Source of the DNA: Octopus bimaculoides
Lineage: Eukaryota
DNA: 64,000 bases
Assembly (NCBI RefSeq): GCF_001194135.2
Contig: NC_068983.1
Coordinates: forward strand, 61,158,136-61,222,135
Direction of reading: 5' to 3'
The notes beneath the pieces are model-generated. The model ran no database searches and was not told where the DNA came from. It was given only the letters and a program-made list of their open reading frames with translations. Both the position numbers and the translations under genes were made by a program. Shown here one piece after another: positions 10,330-22,440 of this stretch (position 1 is the first letter of the stretch; each line of letters begins with the position of its first letter).

Positions 10330-11007
10330 NNNNNNNNNNNNNNNNNNNNNNNNNNNNNNNNNNNNNNNNNNNNNNNNNNNNNNNNNNNNNNNNNNNNNNN
10401 NNNNNNNNNNNNNNNNNNNNNNNNNNNNNNNNNNNNNNNNNNNNNNNNNNNNNNNNNNNNNNNNNNNNNNNNNNNNNNNNNNNNNNNNNNNNNNNNNNNN
10501 NNNNNNNNNNNNNNNNNNNNNNNNNNNNNNNNNNNNNNNNNNNNNNNNNNNNNNNNNNNNNNNNNNNNNNNNNNNNNNNNNNNNNNNNNNNNNNNNNNNN
10601 NNNNNNNNNNNNNNNNNNNNNNNNNNNNNNNNNNNNNNNNNNNNNNNNNNNNNNNNNNNNNNNNNNNNNNNNNNNNNNNNNNNNNNNNNNNNNNNNNNNN
10701 NNNNNNNNNNNNNNNNNNNNNNNNNNNNNNNNNNNNNNNNNNNNNNNNNNNNNNNNNNNNNNNNNNNNNNNNNNNNNNNNNNNNNNNNNNNNNNNNNNNN
10801 NNNNNNNNNNNNNNNNNNNNNNNNNNNNNNNNNNNNNNNNNNNNNNNNNNNNNNNNNNNNNNNNNNNNNNNNNNNNNNNNNNNNNNNNNNNNNNNNNNNN
10901 NNNNNNNNNNNNNNNNNNNNNNNNNNNNNNNNNNNNNNNNNNNNNNNNNNNNNNNNNNNNNNNNNNNNNNNNNNNNNNNNNNNNNNNNNNNNNNNNNNNN
11001 NNNNNNN
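10330..11007. other. Assembly gap (678 N), preceded by (TA)n
   Basis: Run of N. Confidence 1.
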
Positions 11008-11235
11008 GTGGCACATAAAAGACACCATTTCGAGCGTGGCCGTTTTCGTGCGGGTGACACGTAAAAGCACCCACTACACTCTCTGAGTGGTTGGCGTTAG
11101 GAAGGGCATCCAGCTGTAGAAACTCTGCCAAATTAGACTGGAGCCTGGTGTTGCCATCCGGTTTCACCAGTCCTCAGTCAAATCGTCCAACCCATGCTAG
11201 CATGGAAAGCGGACGTTAAACGATGATGATGATGA
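11008..11235 (+). mobile_element. Young RTE 3' UTR/tail copy
   Basis: Ends ccatgctagcatggaaagcggacgttaaac(GAT)n; about 1 mismatch versus 27587-27800. Confidence 0.85.
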
Positions 11236-12538
11236 TATATATATATATAATGCTGGTTCCATGATAAACCGCACCCAGTACTCTGTAAAGTGGTTAGTGA
11301 ATGTGCTGAGATAATGTAGAGTTGAGTGGACCCTTAAGTCTGTCTTAGAACATCACAGCTTTTCTAGTGCTGCTACTAGTATAAAATGCTTATAACACAG
11401 TGTGTGAGTTATATAACATTCCTGAAAATCTCATTTAAAAATGGTTTCTACAACATATAACACACATTCACACATTTCACCACCTCACCATTCAAATATA
11501 TTTTGAGTTTAAAGGAGGACAACATTAGCAATTATAGAATTGACAGGTCTTTTATAGAACACACATTTTCTTCTATTAATAGCTCTGGAAGATATGATCT
11601 TTGCCACTTGGAGAATTATAACATCTTGCTACAACATTTTATAATTTTTAGTAAAAAAATGGAATTAATGAATTCCTGCAACACTCCCACTGATATTTAT
11701 TGACAAATTTCTGAATACCAATTGGCTAAAATAGTTTATTTTCAACATAATGGATATGTCATATCTTCTGAGACGCTCACATACTGTAAAAAGAAAAAAA
11801 CAGATTTTCGTCATCTGCATAAACATTCACTACTTTCTTGCCTTTGTGTATTTTGCACATACATTACTGAAGATAGGGATAAAGTTTTTTTAATTTATTT
11901 TTGTTATAATTGTGGCATCAGTACTTATTTGGTTACCTCGTAACCAACAAGACTAAATACCCAACACTTTATAGTCTATCCATTTGTGCAGGGCAATGGG
12001 ATCTACAAGGTGAGTAGCAGAGAGACTGATCACAAAAGAACTGGAATGGGTGGCTGAAAGGAACAAGAGTATGATAGTGGAAACAAAATAGTTAGGGTGA
12101 AGGGGTAACAAGGTGAGAGTAATGAATAGTAACTGAAATGGACACTGGTAAGAAAGAATAATGGATGTCAATAACAAGTAGCTTGGGTAGAGGGAAAGGT
12201 GACTACATCCTGGAAAAGGTGATGGTAGAGTGTGTTCGGTCAAACAGGTCTGATGCAAAACCTAATGCACAGGCCTCTGAGGGTTGAACATAAGTGATAA
12301 AGATGTTGGTAGGAAGCAGACTGAATACAGTTAGTTCCAGTGCTAGTGCTTATTATACAGGTCATGTGGCACACTGAATAAAAACAAGGTTATCAGACAG
12401 ATGAGAAAGCTAGATAATGACATATCTGGTTACACAAGCATGTGAATAGGAAGGATATACTGGTATCCTTAGTAACATGGACAACATAATACTGTGAATA
12501 AAAAAGGTGATAGAGATAAGAGAATATTGGGAGGAAGG

Positions 12539-12749
12539 AGGTGGTGAGCTGGCAGAAATGTTAGTATGCCAGGCAAAATGCTTAACAGTATTTCGCCCGT
12601 AGCTATGTTCTGAGTTCAAATCCTGCCGTGGTCGACTTTGCCTTTCATCCTTTTGGAGTCGATAAATTAAGTACTAGTTGCATACTGGGGTCAATCTACT
12701 CGACTGGCCCCCTCTCCAAAAATTTCGGGCCTTGTGCCTAGAGTAGAAA
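12539..12749 (+). mobile_element. tRNA-derived CORE-type SINE with 18-bp TSD
   Basis: TSD agaatattgggaggaagg at 12521-12538 and 12750-12767; B box gagttcaaatcc; CORE-like gcctttcatcc..gtcgataaattaagtac (octopus OR1/OR2 are described CORE-SINEs). Confidence 0.85.
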
Positions 12750-12903
12750 AGAATATTGGGAGGAAGGGCAGACAACAGTTGTAGACTTAACAGGGACAAG
12801 TTGGTTGAGAGACCAAAGTGTAGATATATTATACCTACCAGTCTCCATTTTAACATGCATTTTGTTGTGCTTGTACAGGTGAGGTCTCCTCCAGCACTGC
12901 ATG

Positions 12904-13441
12904 TCACTATGTGCATGAGGTGGGACTGGGAAGGGATTATCCATTACGAATTGCTTGAACAGAACCAAACGGTCAATGCAGAACTCTATGTTCAACAGAT
13001 GGAACAACTCAACACAGCTATTCAAGAGAAAAGACCTAATCATCAGCATGGAGTTCTTCTGCTGCACGACAACACTTGCCCTTACATCACCAATATGGCC
13101 GAGGAAGCCATTCAAACGCATGGATGGGAAGTGCTGCCACACCTGCTGTACTCTCCTGATTTGGCACCAACGGATTTCCACCTCTTTCGATCTCTTTCAA
13201 ATGCTGTGTGCAGTGTTTCGTTCAATACTGATGCAGTATTGAGAGCTTAGTTGGATCAATTTTTTGAGTTGAAATCAGGTGATTTCTACCAACGAGGTAT
13301 AGAAAATCTTGTTGAACATTTGGAAGAAGTTGTAAACAACAAGAGTGAATACATTATTGATTAATTAGTTGATATTTTTTTTATTAAACTTTTAAAAAAA
13401 TTTTAATTTAAAAAACGGCGGGAACTTAGTTGCCAACCTAA
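12904..13441 (+). mobile_element. Mariner (D34D) 3' half with terminal inverted repeat
   Basis: WDWEGIIHYELL...LLHDN-x34-D (YSPDLAPTDFHLF); TIR ...ttagttgccaacctaa followed by TA. Confidence 0.9.
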
Positions 13442-16177
13442 TAATAAGATATTTAATCTTATCTTTATATCTGCTAGCTTCTTCTGTTTTATTATAATAC
13501 AAAATAGTTGTCAAAGATATCTTTATCAGATGACAGTTTAGAGATGCTTCTATTGATGTTAACTAGACTTTTGAAAACTATAGGCTGGTGACTGGAATCC
13601 ATATTTGTTAGGTTTGCTATATGGCTCTTATTTGTCAGTGGTTGACAATAACACCTACAAAATTTACATTTGAGTTCATGGTAATTGTTATTTTCAGATT
13701 GAAATTATTAAGAGTGAGTAAATCTTTTCCATATTTTTGTAATCAGTTGTTATCTGTATGCCAATGTATCAATTCTATATCTGAGATCATGATATTACTT
13801 TTAAATGTATCTAAGATCTCATGCAGACATTGAATGAATCAAATAAATCTCTTACTTTTTTAAATCCAGTGATTTTATTAAAAAAAGGATCACCACTTTG
13901 TGGGTTATATGTGAATATTCTGGTGAACTGGATTGCTTTGAGAAGGTGTTAGTTTATGGAAAGGTAGTGGTTCAAAATAAAGCTGTTTTTCTTTTCCTTT
14001 TTGACATTACAATGGTCGACTGGCATGCCAAAGTTTTTCTTTGCACATTTTTCTGCTTTACTTTCAGACATTATGGAAATTTCCACAAGAAATAAAGATG
14101 TTCAACCTATTGCTCAATGGTGTTTAAGCACAGTTAAACCTGTAATAACATTAACAATCATAAAACATAAATCTTTTTAGACTTCTTCAGGCAAAGAGGT
14201 TTACTTTCAAGAGATCACCTCTATGCTTAGAGTAGTGTTTGGTTTTTGTTTGAAGATGTGACCACCTCTTTGGTTTCATTCTAGATAATTTTCCAGTTTT
14301 GTTATTTAATTAAATCTTCAAAGAGATCCTTGGGGCATCTCTAATTTGAACAACTTTGGGCTCACTATCTTAAAGCAGTTAACCAACATTAAAGCCCCCA
14401 AATTTTTGGTATGCTAAAACTTTGTTAATTTCATTTCTGGTCTTAGTTGTTTCCACATTGGAGACTGATAGTGAGGAGAGTAGTGAAGAGGATGATGTTT
14501 CTCTGGATATTTGATGGCAAGCAAACTGAAAACCATTAGGAATGCAGAGACCCCCCACCAAAAAAAAAAAAAAAAAATCAGGAATGGTGGGGGTATGTTT
14601 TTGTGCAGTTTCAGGGAAGAAAAAAATTAACTATTATGCTGCACAGGTTTTTAAAATGAATGAATATAATTAAGTAATCACTAAAATCTTGAGGCCTGTT
14701 CCAAGCAAGAATTTTGCCTGTTCTAAATTCACTATGTCAGTCTCTGCTAAAATAGGCATACATGAACATGAAGGTATCACATACATTCTGTTATCTTTGT
14801 AAAACATGGAAAAACAATTTGTTACCGACAGAAACATGTTTCCTGTTGATTTATGGGCATAAAGCTAATAAACCTCATTATATACTAAAGTGACATAAGG
14901 CCTAGTTGAAGTCACCAGATAAAATACATCATTGAAATTTAAAGCTGAAATGATGCTAATATAATTCTTGAATAGTCCTATAATTACTGGATTATTCTAA
15001 CATACTCCACAGCATGTTCTAACATCACATTGTAAAACAAATTGGAATGTCCAGATTTGGGCCACAAAAACGATTTTTTTCATACCTCTGTTAAAAGTTT
15101 TTGCTAAGTTTGTTGGGTATGCATATATCTATAGAATAGATGTTGTAGGTTTATCAATATAACAGTATGCTATAATCTGATTAATAGCAAGTTTTTACAC
15201 AGGTGTTTAAACATTTCAATCAGCTATAATGAGGTACAAAGACAGTATTTGAGAGGAAAGAATGTTACACGTGCTTAGTGCCATGTACAAAGCAACTGTA
15301 CCAGTAATACATAGAAAGCGCCTGTAATGACGGTGATGAATAAAAGAGGTTATTATTATGCATAGGGCTTTTCCAGCATGAAATGAGCTTGAGTTAAACA
15401 AGAATGAAAATTGAGTTGATGTTTGACTTGCCAATATTGTTCTCTTGCTCTACACTGTTCTATGCAGTTGCTCAATAGCCTTTCACTAAACCCTCTCCAA
15501 TGCATGAATAGCACATGATTAAAGCCCTTGAAGGCACTGCATGTATCAAGCCTCAAAATCTATGATGATCTCTTATGGTGTCATCACATATATCAGCACC
15601 AGAACTGTATCCTAAAAACTTGAAGCAAACAGCAAACTTGCTTCTCAAGTTCAGTAAGCAGTCCATAACTTATCTTCATTAATCTAGCTAACATCAGTTT
15701 TATGATCAGGTAACACCAAACTGAATAATGAATGTTTGTTTTTAATTGGAGACATTAATAGAAGTGATGATTAAAATGTTTGATTACTGTTTATAAGTCT
15801 CAAGATAAATCATAATATATTTACATTAACAATTTCCACTACTGTCAACCTAATCTTTTTTTCAACAATATTAAGGCACTACCACTACACATATCAACAA
15901 AGAAAAAAAAAACTCATGAACAATGCACTTGTAAAACCCTCTAAGTTATTACATGAGCTAGATCTGATAGTCTCTTATACAACCAAAGTTATACGCCAAA
16001 GATGGCTGTATTTTCAGGACCAGAAAATATTTCTCGTTTTTTATTCAGTTACTGGCCCACTTCAAAACTCAAGTGCCTTCCACCTATCTCACACAATACT
16101 CACAGTAGTTAAGCATTCTTGACTGAATTGCAAATGATTGACAATAACCCCCTTATTAACAATAATCTATGAGCATA

Positions 16178-16386
16178 AGGCGGTGAGCTGGCAGAAATGT
16201 TAGCATGCTGGGCGAAATGCTTAGTGGTATTTTGTCTGTCTATTCTGAGTTCAAATTCTGCCGAGGTTGACTTTACCTTTCATCCTTTCAGGGGTAATAA
16301 GTTAAGTACCAGTTGTGTACTAGGGACGATCTAATCAACTGGATCCCTCCCACCAAATTTCGGGCCTTGTGCCTAGAGTAGAAAGG
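16178..16386 (+). mobile_element. CORE-type SINE with 17-bp TSD
   Basis: TSD aataatctatgagcata at 16161-16177 and 16387-16403; same family as 12539. Confidence 0.88.
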
Positions 16387-17179
16387 AATAATCTATGAGC
16401 ATATTGTTTCTCCTTTGTGTGTCTATCACAGCTTCAAATCCTTTGAATTAGAAAGCCCACTCAATGTACTCATTACCTTTACTGCACATCACCATCTAAA
16501 GCTCCACTATTCCTTTACCAGAACTATGTTCCTCTGGAAAATTTTCTTTACCAATATTTTTCTATAGATAGCAACCCACCAAAACTGGATATCAACTGCA
16601 TTGATTTCACCAGTCCAGGAGGACCTGCAATTATCAGAATATGAGTGCTACCCATCTTTCTTTGACTACATTAAAAAAAAAATCCTGACTCCTTCAGTGA
16701 TTAATAAATAATAATGGGGGCAGCTTATTCAACTGTCTAAATATGAAAAGAAAAAATCAGCATGCAAAATGCCTATAAAGTAGTAAAATATATTGTTTGT
16801 CAAATTACTGTTTCCATGAAGAACATTAAATGTTTCAAAAATTCTCCTTGTTGCTGTTATTTTCAAAGTACCAAAATTTTCGTCTTTCATACTTTAAATT
16901 GTTAAATGTTATATTTACTGAGAACTGGAGCAAGTTTTAGGATAGGAAAAATAATTTCCAATGAAATATTTGTTCTGAGCAATATTTTCCTGTCAAATGC
17001 TTCTGCTGTGTTGAATGTATATAAATTAGGTCAAAACAAGTCAATCCTTGCTTCCTGATGAAAACTAAAAGAAATCTATTTCAACTATAATTTCAAATAT
17101 GAAGGAATTCACAGGATCTGTTGATTGTTATTGCTAAAGTGATGGTTTACATGTGGCACACTTGAAACAACTGAAAAAT

Positions 17180-17223
<44 letters not shown>

Positions 17224-17349
17224 TTTCTATTGCTGTCACAGATTTTGAAATTTTAAAAGTGAAAATGTTCAAATTGACGTACTTTTTCAGATGAATATGT
17301 TTGTAATTAATTTATTCCAGAACAAAATTTTAGAAAAATGTCATAGAAG

Positions 17350-18125
17350 GGATCTTTGTGATTTGACGGGCAACATTTGTTTTCTTAACGAAACACTTTC
17401 GAACTTTGGACACTGGTAGAATGTGTCATATAAAACAACTCCTTCTCTTAACCTTCTTAACAAAAAATTGTACATCGCAAATTATTTCATGTTAAAGTTG
17501 TCGTATTTCTGTAATTTCAACCAATCACTGATGTCTATTCAGCTGAATACAGTTAGTGCTGTCAAGTGTGTTATTCCCTGTTTAATTATATCATTATTCC
17601 CTAGTAAGGGTTTAGGGTTTTAGGATTAGGGTTCGGGTTTTAGGGTCAGGGTTAGGGTTGGGGTTAGGGTTAGGGTTATGGTTATGAGTTATAGGGCTAG
17701 AGTTAAGGTTATGGCAAAAATAATCATAACCCTAACCGTAATCCTAAAACTAACCCTAACTTTAAAACCCGAACCCTAACTCTAAAACCCTAAAGCTAAA
17801 ACCAGTACAAACGCACGAACGATGTCATAAATAACAGTGACACGGATAGTTTTTGTTGACAAACAATGGCACTAATTTTATTCAAGGGAAAAAATCCCGT
17901 AACACCGTTGTTTATATTCCACGGCGTAATTGTTTTCACCTCAATAGACGTCAGTGATTGGTTGAAATTACCGAAATACGACAATTTTTTTACATGAAAT
18001 AACTTCGAATACAAAATTTTTTATCTGTTCTATACCATAAAATATACAAGTATTCGAAGTTTGAAAGTGTTTCGGTACCAAAAACTTTACATAAAAAAAT
18101 GTTGCCCGTCAAATCACGAAGATCC
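17350..18125. mobile_element. Non-autonomous DNA transposon (Merlin/Mutator-like termini) with an internal telomeric array
   Basis: GGATC...GATCC termini; TIR gatctttgtgatttgacgggcaacatt / aatgttgcccgtcaaatcacgaagatc; 8-bp TSD catagaag at 17342-17349 and 18126-18133. Confidence 0.85.
17607..17800. repeat. Degenerate (TTAGGG)n followed by (CCCTAA)n
   Basis: gggttagggttggggttagggttagggtt... then aaccctaaccgtaatcctaaaactaaccctaac... Confidence 0.85.
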
Positions 18126-18390
18126 CATAGAAGTTCGAGCATTTTTATCCAATCAGAAAACAAAATTTGTACATAATAGCTGTGATAAATGAAAGTAAAC
18201 ATTAGAAGACAAAGTTTTAAACAAAATGAAAGTAAAGCGCAGAGTTAATACACAGAAAGAGAGTAAGTATTCAAGGATATTATAAATATATATAGAGAGA
18301 GATAGAGTGATGGTGTGAGGTAGAGAGTGGGAGATTTGTCGATCTAAAAGTTGAGTTATTTCTCGTAGAACATTATATCATTATTATTTA

Positions 18391-18465
18391 AGGCGCAGGA
18401 GTGGCTGTGTAGTAAGTAGCTTGCTTACCAACCACATGGTTCTGGGTTCATTCCCACTGCGTGGC

Positions 18466-18503
<38 letters not shown>

Positions 18504-19355
18504 ATGCTTGTGTGTCTGTGTTTGTCCTCCACCCAACATCGCTTGACAACCGAAGCTGGTGTGTTTATGTCCCCGTAACTTAACGGTTCGGCAAAAGTGA
18601 CCGGATCTATTTTAAAACGGGGGCCACATTTTTCATTAATGTTTTACGTAGTGTTTTTGGTACGGAAAGACTTTCAAACTTCGTATACTTATCTATTTTG
18701 TGTTATAGAACAGAAAAATATTTTTGTATTCAAATTTATTTCATGTAAAAAATTGTCTTATTTCGATAATTTCAACCAATCACTGACAAGTATTCAGTTG
18801 TTTATATTTACTCCTTTGGCTGATTAAGCGGTGTAAAGCGTATTTAACCTCCATACCTTCGTTTTATTTGCTTTTTTCATTTTAAATTTGCTTTAACCCT
18901 AACCCTNNNNNNNNNNNNNNNNNNNNNNNNNNNNNNNNNNNNNNNNNNNNNNNNNNNNNNNNNNNNNNNNNNNTTAGGGTTAGGGTTAGGGTTAATTGTT
19001 TCAGAATCGTTTGTTTATGTAGTCGGCACATAATGTATATCGGCTGAATGGACGTCAGTGATTGGTTGAAATTACAGAAATACGACAACTTTAACATGGA
19101 ATAACTTATGGATTTCTTTTTTTTTAAAGAAGACTAAGAGAAAAAGATGTTTTGTATGACACATTCTACCAGTGTTCTAAGTTTCAAAGTGTTTCGTTAA
19201 TGAAAAAATGTGGCCGCCGTTTTAAAAAAGATCCAAGTGACCGATAGAATAAGTACTAGGCTTACAAAGAATAAGTCCTGGGGTCGATCTGCTCGACTAA
19301 AGGCGGTGCTCTAGCATGGCCACAGTCAAATGACTGAAACAAGTAAAAGAGTAAA
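18391..19355 (+). mobile_element. tRNA-derived SINE split by a MITE
   Basis: Head ggcgcaggagtggctgtgtagtaag...gggttcattccc, internal (TA)/(TG)n; body resumes after 19234 (gaccgatagaataagtactagg...aagtaaaagag). Confidence 0.8.
18603..19234. mobile_element. Second MITE of the GGATC family, with (CCCTAA)..N..(TTAGGG); contains the gap 18907-18973
   Basis: TIR ggatctattttaaaacgggggccacatttttcattaa / ttaatgaaaaaatgtggccgccgttttaaaaaagatcc; 8-bp TSD aagtgacc at 18595-18602 and 19235-19242. Confidence 0.88.
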
Positions 19356-20539
19356 GGACGACATTGTCATTAGGACACAGATTTTAAAAATCAAATTCGT
19401 TTTTCTCGAGGATGCACCATTCGACTAAACACACTTACATTACCACATACACTCGCATTTATATAGTAGAAATGCGAGTATGTGTGTGTGTATTTGCGTG
19501 TCCTTGACCCCACCACACCCCGCCGATTACTTGTCAATCGTCGTTAATGCTTTTACGTCCCTGTAACTTAGTGGTTCGGCAAAACAGACCGTTAGAACAA
19601 ATACCTGGCTTTAAAAAAATACTAAGTAAAAAGTTACTTCACAAAAACCTCAGAGTTATGACAGTATAATATTGATTGTAAATACACAAATTATTTAAAT
19701 GTACTCAGCATTCTTTTTTTTCACCCTTTGTAAAATTTTATCATTACGTATCCAATATATAAATGCATGTGCGTGTGTGTGCGTGCACATAATCATACAC
19801 TAATGCACATCATATATTGCATAATCGATGTCGTATGTACTTCCTGGACCTATCTTGAAATTTTCACATCTGTCACACTTACTTTGATTTACTTGCAACA
19901 TTTTGATACTTGCTATAATCATAAATTAGGAGTAGATCTGTTAAATCTGTACATGTATAAACATAGCTAAGCTAACACATAATGTAACTGTGATTGTAAA
20001 TTTAATACTAGGACTGGTTTATTTCCAGCTAAAGTGAAACTAAGTCTACATCTCCGGAATTCCTGCAGTTGTGATTGGAATCCCTTTTAGTTGACTCAGC
20101 TAACATGTTTGTCTCCCTACTTTTAGTGACTTTTACTGAATGTAGTAGTAACATGTAGGCTATCTAGTAAAGATTGGCAGATTATGTGTGTTCTGAGGAA
20201 TCATGAATTGTCACGTTCCTGGTAAATTTTTAATTTCCATTTGGGACAAAGAATATGAAACTCATATTAGACAAATATATATATATATATATATTTGGCT
20301 TCTCTAATATAAAAGAGACAGCAAAGAAATGTGATGAGAATGTTTACTAAGGAATGAGTAAGACGATAGCTATCCTCTGGGGCTGGAGGACACTGAAGGA
20401 ACTTGAGGCTAGATAAGTTCTGTGGCCCTAAGAAATGAGAATTTGAGAATGAAAAATTAGAAGCTGGCCCAGATTTACAGTCACAAGTGGATATAACCTA
20501 TAAGTTTCACCAGAAAGGAAATATTAAAATTATGGAAAT

Positions 20540-21426
20540 AATGACACGGAGCGACCACTTTATAAACCTGTGTTTGCTGTAGTCAAATGTATGATACGAA
20601 ACCCACGCTACGCCACGGAATGACGAACATCTATTCCCTTTACATTAACAGTAACATTTATGACCGGGAGAATGAAGATATTGAAAAATCCTTCATAGTC
20701 GTGAGATCGAATAAAAAACAAGTAAATATGATATTGATTTACGACCTACATCACAACAAAACAGTAAAATTTCATTATTCTTCCGAAGTTCACTTCTTAC
20801 CTGCAAGTATTTCCCTAAATACGTTTAATCCTCGTTAACTTCTCACAGATAAAAGGGGCCAAGGGGTTTAACGAAGCAAGTTGGAAGATTTAATCGTTTC
20901 ATTGACAAATAAGAACAATGAAATCATATCTATTTAATAATAGTCGAAACTGTACACATCAATAAGTAGAAAATATGTAAATATTTTTGTCTTGCATAGA
21001 TGAGTAAGTTTCATGACTGTAACAGATGTAATTTTTCGCATGAGAAAGAAATCGTCATTTCAAAACATCTTTATGTTGTCATTAGCAACTCGATTACCAC
21101 TTACATCGCAATCAAATTTTATGTTTGCTGAATAAGATTAATAGAAATAAAATTTCTGTTTATATCGCAAAGAAATATCAAATAATTGATGAGTAATTAT
21201 TTTTATAGTGAGAAATAATTTCACAATCATTATTTTATCAGCAGTAAAATAACAAACAAAGAAAAAATTCACATTGTGGTGCAAGGTTGTCATACTCTCC
21301 CTTTACAGAAATTTGTGCTTGGCTTAAGCGGCACACAATGGCGCTAATACATATTTACAATGGGACGATGTTAAAACGTTAGGTTTCTTATTTTATTTTT
21401 TTTTTTTAATCGGGAACGACTTCAGG
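20540..21426 (+). promoter_or_regulatory. Candidate promoter/5' UTR region of BLTP3
   Basis: CpG-retaining, repeat-poor stretch directly upstream of the ATG exon; YY1-like ACAATGGCGC near 21335-21345. Confidence 0.45.
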
Positions 21427-21470
21427 ATGACATCGTTACTAAAGAACCAGATCCTGAAGCATTTATCAAG
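21427..21470 (+). CDS. BLTP3: BLTP3 (UHRF1BP1/UHRF1BP1L, SHIP164 family) bridge-like lipid transfer protein, coding exon 1
   Basis: ATG..MTSLLKNQILKHLS-AG then gtaagt; matches the family N-terminus MAGIIKKQILKHLSRFTKNLSPDKI; phase-2 join to 61659. Confidence 0.9.
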
Positions 21471-22391
21471 GTAAGTGATATTTATGTGCCGTACAAAAGT
21501 GATGAAGATGGTTATAGTGGTCAGTGTAAGGCCCACGGCAGCTAGCTACTCCCACTACACACATCATGTTGACTCAGTGAACACAGTATCATTTTACATT
21601 GATACGACTTCTCTTTTACAAGGATTACATTAAGATATGAACACGCTATTACAATTTAAATGCACAGTGTCTGTTGGTTTTTACTCAACATCTGCGTTAA
21701 TGCGTTTTATGGATAACATAGAAGTCCTATCCATCCACCCATCGTTATTTATATTTATTTCATCTATCTATCTATCTATCTGTCTGTTTGTGTGTCTGTC
21801 TATCTGTCTATCTACATACGCGTGCACATACATACACGTACTTATACACACACGCATACATACATACTTTCACACGCACACATTTGATGAAAGCTGATGA
21901 TTCATTCTTTCTGTCGCTACTCGGAGGTTTTTTTTTTTTACTACATGTGATCCTTCTGGCGCTTGAAGGATCGCATAAGAAGCGACGTAACTGAAGCTTC
22001 GAAAGAATAAACTTTAATACATGTATTAAATACTTTTCTCATGTTTGTGTACATCCAATAATCTTCCAGAAAGCCTTATCAATTTTTTAGATTCCTTTTT
22101 GTTTATCGAACTGACGCACACACCTAATCGTTTGTTTAACCTCAGGTCAGCTTTTCTCTGAGTAGACATTTAATCTAAAACGCGTTCCAGCTATGACAAT
22201 TTTTTCCAGACATTATGTGTCTAGAATTATAATTTTCATTGTTTTTCATTTTATAAGATGTTAGCGTGTAATTTGAGGGAGCTTTAGTTTTTAAAAAATA
22301 TTTTAGCTTGCCTCTTACTCATATCTCATCCTGTTTGTAGTTACCACACATACACTCGTACATACAAATTGGTAAATCTCGGTATGTGTGC

Positions 22392-22440
<49 letters not shown>

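Noticed and set aside
10060-11167. Long ORFs of 259-336 aa
   Set aside because: Artefacts of translating through the N gap and (TA)n
15216-15556. Short minus-strand ORFs of 66-72 aa
   Set aside because: No recognisable domain or splice context; consistent with chance ORFs
16552-16624. Minus-strand candidate exon (AG..GPPGLVKSMQLISSFGG..GT)
   Set aside because: Weak polypyrimidine tract, no recognisable homology and no partner exons
17607-19000. True telomere or chromosome-fusion site
   Set aside because: The arrays are short, degenerate and enclosed by TIRs with TSDs, so they are transposon cargo
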